From assembly GCA_963823665.1 (NCBI GenBank), contig CAWGMQ010000011.1:288001-352000 (forward strand): a stretch of DNA of 64,000 bases, in the 5' to 3' direction. Shown in pieces: positions 1 to 9,057 of the stretch. The notes beneath the pieces were generated by a model that made no database searches, was not told the DNA's origin, and worked only from the letters and a program-made list of their open reading frames with translations. The translations under genes and the position numbers were made by a program. Position 1 is the first letter of the stretch. Every line of letters starts with the position of its first letter. Origin of the DNA: an uncultured Planctomycetota bacterium (GTDB taxonomy: Bacteria; Planctomycetota; Planctomycetia; Isosphaerales; Isosphaeraceae).

Positions 1-1978
1 CGACGTAAAACGGGCGCTTCTCCTGAGTCACCTGGCTCTCGGTGGGGCTCGCGTCGTTCTCGGCCTCATCGAGCTTGGGGTCGTCGATGACCGTGAGGAG
101 ATCCTCGTCGAGCTTCTCGGCGACATCCAGCGGGATCGCGATGACCATCATCCGGTCGAGCTGGACGCCCGCCACGGGGACGTGGAGCAGCCTTCCGACC
201 ACGTAGTCCCAGATCGCTTCGTGCCGGGGCCGAAACGTGCGCTGCCAGTGTGCCCGCTCGACCAGCGGGTAAACGACCTCGGGCCAGAATTGGGCGCTCG
301 CCTGATCGAGGTGGTCGGATCGCATGGCGTAGCGGAGGACCGCCTGCCGGAAGTCGTCGTCTTCACGCCAGACTTCCGTGACGCGGTTCCAGAGAGACAC
401 GCGGTGCGCGTCCAGCGTGGCGCGGGGTGGCGCGATCGTCGCCAGATCGGCGAGAGTGCGGGGCATCATGCCGGGGTTGAGCACGCCGTTCGAGTCGAGC
501 ATCTGCCTGGTTGCGTAGTCGCTGGCCTCCTGCAGCCGCTTGCGGACCTGGCGGAATCGTCTGCACTTGCCGTGCGTATCGCGGCTGGCCAGGTACTTCA
601 TCACAACGACGGGGCTGAGTGCGCCGCGAACGTCGGGGCAGTCTTGGAGCAATAAGCTGGCGCGATCGATCGCTTCCTCGGTCGGCTCAGCGGACATCAG
701 CCAGGTCATTGCCAGCAGAAGCCGCGCGCGGTCCGCGTTCTTCGCGTCCAGTGGTCGTCTCAGAAAGATTCCCTGTCGCCGCGAGCCGCCCAGGAGGTAC
801 GCCAGGTAGTGGCCGCAAAGGTAGCGCTCTTCTGGCGAAATCACGATCGGCGTGGCGAGCACCTTTTCGCACATCTCGCGGGCCACCGAGTCGCCGTACG
901 ACTCCCTGGCCTTCGCGCGGCCGGTTCGGAACGATGTGAGGGGACCTCTCGGAAGGGACGGCGGCGGCCCCGTGGTGTCCGAGAACCGGTGAGGCGGCGA
1001 GGGAGAGTCCGTTGCTCCTGGCTCGACGGTTTCTGTATCAACCCGCCCTGTCCCCTTCGCCGCGGCATGCTCACCGCGCAGGTTGCCCACGGTCGCGGTG
1101 CGGGACGGCGGCCGGTAGACAGGGATCTGCGGGCCCGATCGCCTGATTCTGGGGTTGATTCGGTCGAGCCGCTGCGCGCGCTCGGCTTCTTCGAACAGCT
1201 CGAGTGCCACCACGTTGCCCGAGGCGGGCCGTTTGCTCGGATTCTTCGCCAGGAGCGAGAGGATCAAGGTCTCCAGGGTTGACCAGATTTCGGGGTTCTT
1301 GTCCCGGGGCGGAGTCGGTGCGGCGCTCTTGTGCTGGCCCATCACGGACAGCGCATCGCCGACGAACGGAACGTGGCCCGTCGCGCATTCGTAGAGCATC
1401 ACGCCCACGGAATAAAGGTCCGCGCGATGGTCCAGCGACGCCCCCCGGGCCTGCTCCGGGCTCATGTAACTGGGTGTGCCCCGGATCGTCAGACTTTGGT
1501 CCTTTCCGTCGCCGGTAACAAGCGACAGACCGAAGTCGGAGAGCTTCGCTACGTCGGTCGGCGTGAGCAAGACGTTGCCCGGTTTGACGTCGCGGTGGAT
1601 CACCCCATGGATATGCGCGTAGTGGAGCGCCTCGGCCACCTGTCCGCAGATTCGCAGGCGATCGTCCAGGCGCAGCTCTCGCAACCGCTTCGCAAAGCTG
1701 GGCCCGTTCACTTCCTCCATGACCAGGAAGCAAGTCCCTTCTGACTCGCCCAGGTCATACAGCCGCACGACATTATCGTGAACCAACCGGGCGAGAATCT
1801 GGGCCTCGAGGCGAATCTGCTTCGCTTCCTCCGCGGTGCGGGATTCCTTCAAGAATTTGATGGCCACGTTCCTGCCGAGCAACCGGTCGGTCGCCCGGTA
1901 AACGGTGCCCATGCCGCCTTGGCCCAGCTCCTTTTCCAGGGTAAATCGCTCGTTGAGCGTCGCGCCCACGCCGATCAC
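1..1978 (-). CDS. Hanks-type Ser/Thr protein kinase with long C-terminal domain of unknown function (3' end outside window)
   Basis: Manual translation from GTG 1978 (AGGAGG just upstream): LGQGGMGTVY, VAIK, HRDVKPGN, DFG, GTPSYMSPEQ, DLYSVG. Frame is open to the left edge, so it is missing from the ORF track. Confidence 0.93.
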   Translation of the reverse strand, partial: MIGVGATLNERFTLEKELGQGGMGTVYRATDRLLGRNVAIKFLKESRTAEEAKQIRLEAQILARLVHDNVVRLYDLGESEGTCFLVMEEVNGPSFAKRLRELRLDDRLRICGQVAEALHYAHIHGVIHRDVKPGNVLLTPTDVAKLSDFGLSLVTGDGKDQSLTIRGTPSYMSPEQARGASLDHRADLYSVGVMLYECATGHVPFVGDALSVMGQHKSAAPTPPRDKNPEIWSTLETLILSLLAKNPSKRPASGNVVALELFEEAERAQRLDRINPRIRRSGPQIPVYRPPSRTATVGNLRGEHAAAKGTGRVDTETVEPGATDSPSPPHRFSDTTGPPPSLPRGPLTSFRTGRAKARESYGDSVAREMCEKVLATPIVISPEERYLCGHYLAYLLGGSRRQGIFLRRPLDAKNADRARLLLAMTWLMSAEPTEEAIDRASLLLQDCPDVRGALSPVVVMKYLASRDTHGKCRRFRQVRKRLQEASDYATRQMLDSNGVLNPGMMPRTLADLATIAPPRATLDAHRVSLWNRVTEVWREDDDFRQAVLRYAMRSDHLDQASAQFWPEVVYPLVERAHWQRTFRPRHEAIWDYVVGRLLHVPVAGVQLDRMMVIAIPLDVAEKLDEDLLTVIDDPKLDEAENDASPTESQVTQEKRPFYV

Positions 1979-2130
1979 TGAATGGCCTCCTTCGCTGATG
2001 ATCGGTTCGAAGGTCTTCGCCGAAAACGACCGGAGCTAGGCGACCTCGGCCTCGCCGGATTACGGCCCTGTACAGAAGACGCGAATCTGCCCGGCCACTT
2101 GCGCAAAAAATCGCGGCGGGCAATCTCCCG

Positions 2131-2231
2131 ACTTCCACGCGCTTCGGCACCGAGATGCCAGACACCCACCTTCTGCGCAGCGTCGGACACCGTGACGCTA
2201 GAGACCTAACTTCCGCGCAGCGTCGGCCACG
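2131..2231. repeat. Degenerate ~40-bp tandem repeat (about 2.5 copies)
   Basis: CTTCTGCGCAGCGTCGGACAC (2170) and CTTCCGCGCAGCGTCGGCCAC (2210) are 40 bp apart; a more diverged copy starts near 2131 (CACCGAGATGCCAGACACCCA vs CACCGTGACGCTAGAGACCTA). Confidence 0.7.
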
Positions 2232-2381
2232 CGCCTTCTTTTTTGTCGAAATGACCAGCGGCCGTGCCGTGGTTTTCCGCCGAACGTGTGGGCCGCGAAT
2301 GCATGGATGCCGTGCGCACGACGAAACCGGTGGGTGGCTGGATTCCCGATCAGCGAAGCGACCCGTTGCCAACCGCTGGAT

Positions 2382-2708
2382 TTAGCCGGCAATGATTTCC
2401 ACATGGCCTTGCGTATGAGGGCGTGCTTTGGACAGCTTGATCTGCACGTCGTAGCCCAGGCGGGTAATGAAGCGAAGCAGGCGGTCGCTGGAAAACCCGT
2501 CGAGGCGGCCGCGAAGCAGGTCGGATACCTTGGGCTGGCGGATGCCCAGCAGTTTGGCGGCTTCGGCCTGCGTCAGACGTCGACGCTGGACGATCCGCAG
2601 AATTTCGGCGGCCAGCTCGGATTTTGCCATATACTCGTCGGCATTCTCGATGCCGAGGTCGGCGAACACGTTGCCGCTGCCGTCGTGGATGGTGGTATCC
2701 TTGCTCAT
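2382..2708 (-). CDS. XRE-family HTH antitoxin (HigA-like)
   Basis: GSGNVFADLG...LTQAEAAKLLGIRQPKVSDLLRGRLDGFS; paralog of 3673-4011. Confidence 0.9.
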   Translation of the reverse strand: MSKDTTIHDGSGNVFADLGIENADEYMAKSELAAEILRIVQRRRLTQAEAAKLLGIRQPKVSDLLRGRLDGFSSDRLLRFITRLGYDVQIKLSKARPHTQGHVEIIAG

Positions 2709-2776
2709 GGCTTCTTATCCTTCTGCTGTTTCGCGTACTGCTCGGCGGCGGCTTTCAGCCGTTTCTTGATCTGCGG
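2705..2776 (-). pseudogene. 3' remnant of a HigB/Gp49-type toxin gene
   Basis: PQIKKRLKAAAEQYAKQQKDKKP* with ATGA overlap onto the antitoxin start, like the intact pair (LIERRLKVA..., ATGA at 4008-4011). No toxin sequence recognisable upstream. Confidence 0.7.
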
Positions 2777-2981
2777 GCCAGGGCACGCATCTCAATTTGG
2801 TTTGCGTGGTTGGTTTGGTCAATGGAGTTAATGCCGCCGCGCGGCAATGCTTTGGCGATCGCTCAACGGGCTGAGCTGGGCGTGTATTGATAATTGCTGT
2901 TGGGCTCCCTGGTCTGACTGATGTCTCCGTCGGTGTCATAGGAGATCGTCATCAGGTTGAGCGGGCCGGAGACTCAGGGGT

Positions 2982-3408
2982 TCACTTGTGTCTCTCACCG
3001 GGGCCCGTCTGATAATCCCCGGCTAGGCCTGGGGACTCAAGTGATTTGCGAAATAGGCTCCAAGCATTCTCCGCTTGGTCGTCGCGAGAGCGCCTACGAT
3101 TACTTGACTCAAAATACTGGCGCCAGGTATCCACGACGAACGCGTATTTGTGAGCCAGGTCTTTGTCGGGCCCCGGCGGTTGTTCCTCAAAGATCTCGCA
3201 CAGTGTTCTGCCCAGAAAACCTCGCTCGGTTAAGTAACTATGGAGGGCGGGTCGTTCGACGGAATTGAAGCATTCGGCGCAAGAAATTGCGTAGGGCTTC
3301 GATCGCATAAAGCAAGTCGTCGAGTGATTCGGGCGAGGATGCATACGACTTTGGCCTTTCAAGTACGGCCCATACGAACGAATCAATTGCTGCCAGTATG
3401 TCATGCAT
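2982..3408 (-). CDS. Hypothetical protein, possibly one gene split by a frameshift near 3280
   Basis: MHDILAAIDSFVWAVLERPKSY...EALRNFL reads protein-like in one frame and AECFNSVERPALHSYLTERGF...WRQYFES in the next. Confidence 0.4.
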
Positions 3409-3439
3409 GTTCCATCCCACTTTAGATAGCGTTCAATGC

Positions 3440-3590
3440 GAGACGGGTACCGCGAAGGAAGATTTTCTCAGCTTCTCGACTCGAGTCCACCGATATTCGG
3501 CGTTCGAGCCGATTTCCTCGAGGACGCCGGACAGCTTGGCTGAAATGACGGCGCTGCCGTCGCGGAATTGTCGGCCGGTGTATTCGACGA
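3440..3590 (-). pseudogene. Short C-terminal fragment of a RAYT-like transposase
   Basis: VEYTGRQFRDGSAVISAKLSGVLEEIGS aligns with VEYTGRRFRDGKAVISAELSEILERIGS; DNA similarity 3466-3589 vs 4539-4661. Confidence 0.75.
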
Positions 3591-3672
3591 TGCGCGTCAA
3601 TTGCACCAAGTGATGCACTGATTCCCTGCCAATCGCCCGCCGCCGATGCGATTGCCAATCGCCGCTCGCCAC

Positions 3673-4011
3673 CTACGTGAACATGACCTGCCCGGGGGTG
3701 TCCGGATGTGGCCGCGAAACGGAGATCTTCACGTCGCAGCCGAGCTCATTCAAGAACCGCATGAGGCGCGCCGTGGAAAAGCCTTCGAGCCGGCCAGTGG
3801 TGATGGCCGAGACCTTCGGCTGGTCGACGCCAAGTATTTCCGCTGCCTGCGCCTGAGTGAGGCGTCGGGCCTTGATGGCGCGCTTGATGTGAATCGCGAG
3901 CACCGATTTCGCCATCAGTGTATCGGCGTCCCTCAAGCCGAGATCGGCAAAAACATTGCCTGTGCTCTCCGTGACGCTGTCTTCCGGGGTGCGAGATTTC
4001 TTCGCCTTCAT
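3673..4011 (-). CDS. XRE-family HTH antitoxin (HigA-like)
   Basis: STGNVFADLG...LTQAQAAEILGVDQPKVSAITTGRLEGFS; ATG 4011 overlaps the toxin stop. Confidence 0.92.
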   Translation of the reverse strand: MKAKKSRTPEDSVTESTGNVFADLGLRDADTLMAKSVLAIHIKRAIKARRLTQAQAAEILGVDQPKVSAITTGRLEGFSTARLMRFLNELGCDVKISVSRPHPDTPGQVMFT

Positions 4012-4391
4012 GATAGGTTGCTCCTCTTTGCGCGCGTTCGAATTGCCACTTTCAAGCGGCGCTCGATCAGTGCCACAGTGTGTTTCGGGGTCTTGATCCC
4101 CTTCGTGGATTTCTTCTGAAAGCAATGCAGCACGTAAACGGCATCACCAAGTTGCACGGTATAAACAGCGCGGTACGTGCTACCATCGTGGTCCTCGACG
4201 ACTTCCAACACGCCGGCTCCGCCAAAGCCTCGCATGGGCTTGGAGTTGTCGGGCTTGCCTCCCGTCTGCGCCTCGTATAGGGCAAAGCCGATGGCTCGCA
4301 TGACGGGCTTGGGAAATCCCATGAGCTCGTCTTTCGAGGGACCGATCCAGCGGAGCGGCTTCACCGGCACGTGCGGTATCTTTTTGTCCAC
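4008..4391 (-). CDS. RelE/ParE-superfamily toxin (HigB/Gp49 type)
   Basis: KPLRWIGPSKDELMGFP...GVLEVVEDHDGSTYRAVYTVQLGDAVYVLHCFQKKSTKGIKTP; toxin-first order; GTG 4391 chosen from promoter position. Confidence 0.92.
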   Translation of the reverse strand: MDKKIPHVPVKPLRWIGPSKDELMGFPKPVMRAIGFALYEAQTGGKPDNSKPMRGFGGAGVLEVVEDHDGSTYRAVYTVQLGDAVYVLHCFQKKSTKGIKTPKHTVALIERRLKVAIRTRAKRSNLS

Positions 4392-4397
4392 GGCGAC

Positions 4398-4426
4398 AGT
4401 ATGCCAGAATTGGGCATAAAGATCAA
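4398..4426 (-). promoter_or_regulatory. Sigma70-type promoter with overlapping palindromic operator
   Basis: Minus strand TTGATC-17 bp-CATACT; inverted repeat TATGCC-N7-GGCATA (4400-4418) overlaps the -10 and spacer. Confidence 0.7.
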
Positions 4427-4449
4427 GCTTGATATAGCAAGCCTGCCTC

Positions 4450-4879
4450 GGCCAGATGGTGCACGCCCCATCCGAGCGGCGACTTCGCGCAGGCGTGCGC
4501 GGCCGGCGGCAAAGAAGCGGCCCAGGCGGCGGCCCTTGCTCAGTTTGTCGATTCGGGCCCACCAGGTTTCGGCGGCCGAGCCGATTCGCTCCAGGATTTC
4601 GGACAGCTCAGCCGAGATGACGGCCTTGCCGTCGCGGAAGCGGCGGCCGGTGTATTCGACAAGGAGCAGGTAGTTTCCAAGCGAGAAGCCTTCGAGCATT
4701 CCTTCACGTGATGAGCCGACCTTGCGCCGATCTTCGACTGGGCAGAGCCAGATCTACTCGATTCGTGAACCAGATCACGCTTTGCAGTCGCTCGCGGGCG
4801 GTGGCAACCCACTGAGTATCCTGCAAACGCCACTCGACCCAGGCCTTACGTCGACAAGATGCGCGCGAGCGATCGCCAT
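4450..4879 (-). pseudogene. Internally deleted RAYT-like (Y1/HUH) transposase remnant
   Basis: AGGAG then MAIARAHLVDV, followed in changing frames by WVEWRLQDTQWVATARERLQSVIWF and E*IWLCPVEDRRKVGSSREGMLEGFSLGNYLLLVEYTGR...LGRFFAA. I recall these as N-terminal, middle and C-terminal blocks of planctomycete RAYT-like transposases; no HUH or catalytic Tyr segment is left. Confidence 0.7.
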
Positions 4880-4987
4880 AGTTGGGTCTCCTGGTGTGGT
4901 TGGCAGAATCCAGCCCAACGCCTGCGGCCTGACTCGATCGAGAGAGCGACATCGACTCCGCGCCACAGGCACGCCTTGACGTAGCGC

Positions 4988-5785
4988 TCAACACCCGCGT
5001 CGTTCGAGCCATTGGTAATAGTCAAAGATGAGGTAGCTATCCTGAGTCGAATCGACAACCTCGTCCAGGAATTTCGAGAACGAGGAGGCTATCGGGACGA
5101 ACGGCCCAGTTTTCGGCGTTTCCGCCAACAGAGCCCAGGCCACTTCTCCGTTCGGCTTGAGGAGCACGGAGTCGCCGGTGTCGTGCATGTAGATAATTGG
5201 AGCTGGGGCCCACTGGCGGTCGCGATCGAATTCTTCGATCTCCTCCTCCCAACCGAGCGACTCGAACGGAGCCCACTCTTCGGGCCGTTCGAACCGCGAG
5301 GACGGGTGGCCGATGTCATCTCGCATCCCGTAAAAACTCGAATAGAATTCCCGGAGCACTTCGCATTCGGCAAAACCGTGCCGCGCAAGGGCGCCTTCGA
5401 GAGATCGCGGAGTTGGTGGCGACTCCAGGAAGAGCGAATGCTCGGCATCATACTGTTCGTAGCGAAGTTTGACGTACCAGCGCTCGCCTTCGCGCGCAAG
5501 CGCAGACGGCTCGCACCTCGCCAGGATCGTGTCGCCCAATCTCTTCACTGCGGCAGACGCGACCTTCGACCAGCCATCCTTGAGAAGCCGCGCCACCTTC
5601 TCGGGACTTGCGTCGATGAATCGCTCGATCCAGGGCGGAACTGCCACTTCCGATTGCCGGTCGTTTCGTTCGCACGGGATAGCGTACATTTCAACACTCT
5701 CAGCGTTCGCCACTTGGATAGTCTCCTGTTCATTCAAGAGTTGGTTAGTGAATAGACTCTCCTCCAAGCCTGACTTGTTCGTCAC
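4988..5785 (-). CDS. SMI1/KNR4 (SUKH)-like protein, candidate immunity protein; true start probably downstream of 5785
   Basis: LREFYSSFYG...IIYMHDTGDSVLLKPNGEVAW...IASSFSKFL fits the SUKH pattern. Confidence 0.6.
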   Translation of the reverse strand: MTNKSGLEESLFTNQLLNEQETIQVANAESVEMYAIPCERNDRQSEVAVPPWIERFIDASPEKVARLLKDGWSKVASAAVKRLGDTILARCEPSALAREGERWYVKLRYEQYDAEHSLFLESPPTPRSLEGALARHGFAECEVLREFYSSFYGMRDDIGHPSSRFERPEEWAPFESLGWEEEIEEFDRDRQWAPAPIIYMHDTGDSVLLKPNGEVAWALLAETPKTGPFVPIASSFSKFLDEVVDSTQDSYLIFDYYQWLERRGC

Positions 5786-6141
5786 TCGGGAGATCCTCTC
5801 GAATCTCTCGGGACTTCTTACGCCTTTCCAGCCGACGTGAATAGTACCCAGCCGGAGCCCCGATCAGCCAGGCGACAACAGTCCCGCCAGTAGCAAGCGC
5901 CGCGGCGTTCAAGTGTGGGTGGTCAATGCGAGGTGCCAAGAGCCAGACCGTACCAAGAACGGCCAGAAAGACCCGGGGATGACGTACAGCCCCGACGCCG
6001 AAGGCCGCCGAGACTGCGAGCCCGACCAGGATATCAACTGTCCTGTTTCGCGGCAGAAACGGTTCCCTGACTTCAAGAGCAACGAACGAAGCGATCACCA
6101 CCCAGACCATCACCCGGCTCAACGTGAATCGTAAACGTGGA
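5721..6141. repeat. Copy 1 of a ~420-bp diverged direct repeat (copy 2 at 8132-8562)
   Basis: Shared long blocks such as CCGACGCCGAAGGCCGCCGAGACTGCGAGCCCGACCAGGATATCAAC and CCCGGCTCAACGTGAATCGTAAACGTGGA. Confidence 0.92.
5745..6141 (-). pseudogene. 5'-truncated paralog of the membrane protein at 8157-8879
   Basis: PRLRFTLSRVMVWVV...AVSAAFGVGAVRHPRVFL...REDLPSDEQ; abuts an IS4 fragment at its 5' end. Confidence 0.75.
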
Positions 6142-6147
6142 GTCCGA

Positions 6148-6321
6148 CTGGCAGCGCAGTGCGTCCATCTGCACCACGACCTTGATGGAACGTAAGTCGA
6201 GTTCGATATTCCCACTCTTGAGGAAGACATCGGCGAGCTGTTCCTTGGTGTACTCAATCGGATCGACCAGCGTCGTGACCAAGACGATCTCGCGCACGCG
6301 ATATCCAGGTTTGTGGCTCAC
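6148..6321 (-). pseudogene. IS4-family transposase fragment
   Basis: PGYRVREIVLVTTLVDPIEYTKEQLADVFLKSGNIELDLRSIKVVVQMDALRC is a degenerate Y-R-E-K region. Confidence 0.8.
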
Positions 6322-6474
6322 AAAGGGGCACGCGGTTCTTGGACTTCTTGGTCTTCCACTGCTCACGCCGACGGGGCTTTTGATGCGATGAAATGGCTCG
6401 GCAGGCATCGCTTTACTTTGACCCCCAACTCTGCCTGATGATATGCTTGAAAGCAGCAAAAGGAGCGTCCCGCG

Positions 6475-6855
6475 ATGGCCACCGAACGAGCGAACGACCT
6501 TGTAGCATTCAAAAAGTTCATCGACGAGCAGCTCTCAAACGGCGGGACCGACCTCACGCTCAACGAGGCTCTGCTGCGTTGGGAGCATGAGAACCAGACG
6601 CCCGAGGAGCAGAAGGCAAATCACCAGGCCTATCAAGAGGGCGGCACGGAATTACATGCCGGACAAAGCAGACCAATTGACGAGGTAATTGAAGAACTCC
6701 GCAAGAAGCATGGCCTCACCTTGCCTGCACGTACCTTGCAGAGCAATCCTCAAGAGTGGATTAAACGCCTGCACGAATTTGTCGCATCGCAGCCTATTCG
6801 ACCAAACAAGATGGATGACAGCCGCGAGAGCATCTACGCTGGCCGCGGCGAATGA
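6475..6855 (+). CDS. Putative antitoxin upstream of the PIN gene
   Basis: AAGGAG upstream; ends EWIKRLHEFVASQP...DDSRESIYAGRGE; ATGA overlap with the PIN gene. Confidence 0.7.
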   Translation: MATERANDLVAFKKFIDEQLSNGGTDLTLNEALLRWEHENQTPEEQKANHQAYQEGGTELHAGQSRPIDEVIEELRKKHGLTLPARTLQSNPQEWIKRLHEFVASQPIRPNKMDDSRESIYAGRGE

Positions 6856-7328
6856 ATTATCTGGTCGACACGAACATTCTGACCCGCCTTGCCGAACCAA
6901 CTCACGCCATGCATCAAGAGACCCTTGATGCGGTGGCACTTCTTGTTCTTCAAGGCCACACGCTCTGCGTTGTTTCCCAGAATTTTTATGAATTCTGGGT
7001 CGTCGCTACCCGCCCAGCAAGCGTCAATGGACTTGGAAGAACAGCTTCAGAAGCTATCGCTGAACTCGTCTACTTTGAAGGATTATTTACTTGGCTTGAT
7101 GAAACCGTGCCTCTTTACAGTGTCTGGCGATGACTGGTCACCTCGACACCAATTCTTGGCAAAAATGCCCATGATGCTCGTTTTGTCGCGGCCATGTCCG
7201 TGCACGGCTTGACGCATCTACTGACGTTCAACACTCAAGATTTTCGGCAATACTCCACAATAACAGCAGTGACCCCTGCGGATGTTATAACACCGGCACT
7301 TCCTGCATCAGGGGCGACGACGCCGTAA
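6852..7328 (+). pseudogene. PIN-domain (VapC-like) toxin with in-frame TGA at 7131-7133
   Basis: YLVDTNIL...QNFYEFWVVATRP...YSVWR*LVTSTPILGKNAHDARFVAAMSVHGLTHLLTFNTQDF, to TAA 7328 in the same frame. Confidence 0.88.
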
Positions 7329-7441
7329 CCTCATACGGCGCAGGCACGCAGATTGCATAAACAAAACGAGCCAAGGTCAGGCTGCTCCCCGCATCTTCCC
7401 GCGCCCGCCTGTCCGGCTCAGCTATGATTCACCGTTGTCAC

Positions 7442-7933
7442 TCACTCGGGGGCGAGCGCCTCGACATCGGGCGGCCACCCTGAGTCATACCTGTACGTTA
7501 AGACGGGAAACCAAGCGCCGAACAGGCAGACGTAGACGCTGTCCCTACCCGTGATACCAATCTTGTCTTGAGTGAAGACGGCGCTCTCGACGCGGGCGAT
7601 CACCAGCCAGTTCCAGGTTACGGACACCGACACGCGCGGCCCGAGCGCGTCGAACGAACTCCTGGGCGGTACGGTTGGCACGACCCGCACGGGCAGCGCT
7701 TGCCGGAGATATCGGCGTTGAGCCGAAGAGATAGCCAGCTTGGAGGAGAGGTAGACCGCGGGGGCCTTCGCGATGTCGTCATCGCGGTAGAGGTTTCGGA
7801 CGGCCGCCCACGGCAACCGGAAGTAACCCCAGGCGATCCCGGCCGAGTAGAGCAACAAGAGAGTGAAGAAGATGCGTCGGCGAGCCTTCGTGTTGCGATC
7901 ATCGCCGAACGAGCTGTCGCTGGAAACTCTCAT
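7442..7933 (-). CDS. Hypothetical protein with N-terminal membrane anchor
   Basis: RRRIFFTLLLLYSAGIAWGYF then a soluble domain; start moved to ATG 7933. Confidence 0.6.
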   Translation of the reverse strand: MRVSSDSSFGDDRNTKARRRIFFTLLLLYSAGIAWGYFRLPWAAVRNLYRDDDIAKAPAVYLSSKLAISSAQRRYLRQALPVRVVPTVPPRSSFDALGPRVSVSVTWNWLVIARVESAVFTQDKIGITGRDSVYVCLFGAWFPVLTYRYDSGWPPDVEALAPE

Positions 7934-8131
7934 CTCTAGTTGGCCCGTTACCTCTGGGTTTCGACGTAAGCCCTGAATCGATCGATCAACGATCGCAATT
8001 CCGATCCCGCTATTCACACTTTGCACTTCGTACAAATGTAACACGGGCACGTTCGGCCGCCAAGCGCTCGTCGCTGTCGACAAGAGAAGATTTCTACCGA
8101 CCCTGGTAAACAGGGCCCATCCCCTTGGATC

Positions 8132-8562
8132 GTCTCCCTGTTCCTTGAAGAGCGGCTTATGGAAAAAACCCGTCCCCCAGCCTGCCTTGTTCGTCACTTG
8201 GGAGATCCTCTCGAATCCCTCGGAACTTCCTATGCCTTTCCAGCCGTCGTGAACAGCACCCAGCCCGAGCGCCGATCAGCCAGGCTGTGAAAGATCCTCC
8301 AACCGAAAGCGTCGCGGCGTTGACCTCGGGGTGGTCAATGCGAGGTGCCAAGAGCCAGACCGCAACAAGAATGACCAGAAAGACTCGGGGATGACGTACA
8401 GCACCGACGCCGAAGGCCGCCGAGACTGCGAGCCCGACCAGGATATCAACCGTCTTGTTTCGCGGCAGAAACGGTTCCCAGAGTTCAAGAGCAACGAAGG
8501 AAGCCATCGCCGCCATCACCACCCAGAGCATCGCCCGGCTCAACGTGAATCGTAAACGTGGA
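8132..8562. repeat. Copy 2 of the ~420-bp direct repeat
   Basis: See 5721-6141. Confidence 0.92.
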
Positions 8563-8879
8563 AACCTCCCGGCCGAAATCTTGACATGAACCGCCGTACG
8601 CACCGATCGCAGCGTGCTCGGCGACTCCCCGGGACGGATCAAAGCGACCAGCAACCCGATGACGATCAGCCCCAGCGCGAGCATCGTAACCGGCAAGAGT
8701 CCGCCGCTCGAATAGGGGCGGAGTAACCCCCAGCCGTCGAGAACGGATTCCTCAATGCTCGTCAGCGCGAGAACCAGCAAAAGTAACCATAGGCCGGCCG
8801 ACATCAGCAGGACGCCGATCAGGAACGGAATCTTTTGAAGCAACCGAAGTCCGGCCGCGATCGGCAATGGTTGTCGCAT
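8157..8879 (-). CDS. Multi-pass membrane hypothetical protein
   Basis: About six hydrophobic segments; internal PRLRFTLSRAM motif. Confidence 0.75.
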   Translation of the reverse strand: MRQPLPIAAGLRLLQKIPFLIGVLLMSAGLWLLLLVLALTSIEESVLDGWGLLRPYSSGGLLPVTMLALGLIVIGLLVALIRPGESPSTLRSVRTAVHVKISAGRFPRLRFTLSRAMLWVVMAAMASFVALELWEPFLPRNKTVDILVGLAVSAAFGVGAVRHPRVFLVILVAVWLLAPRIDHPEVNAATLSVGGSFTAWLIGARAGCCSRRLERHRKFRGIREDLPSDEQGRLGDGFFP

Positions 8880-9057
8880 AAGGAAAGCCTTGTGACGAAG
8901 CTCGACGCGCCGACCCGCCGAGTGAGAAGTTTAATCCCAACCCGCGTCTCGAGTATTCATCCGGTTCGGGTGAGTAATGCTCAAGAGCGCCGCCGTATTC
9001 CCGATTGGTCTCGCCTATAATGTACCAAGCTTGGAGACGGACAAGAGGATCCCACCG

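Noticed and set aside
7131..7133. Selenocysteine or alternative genetic code
   Set aside because: Not a Cys position, and TGA ends many other genes here.
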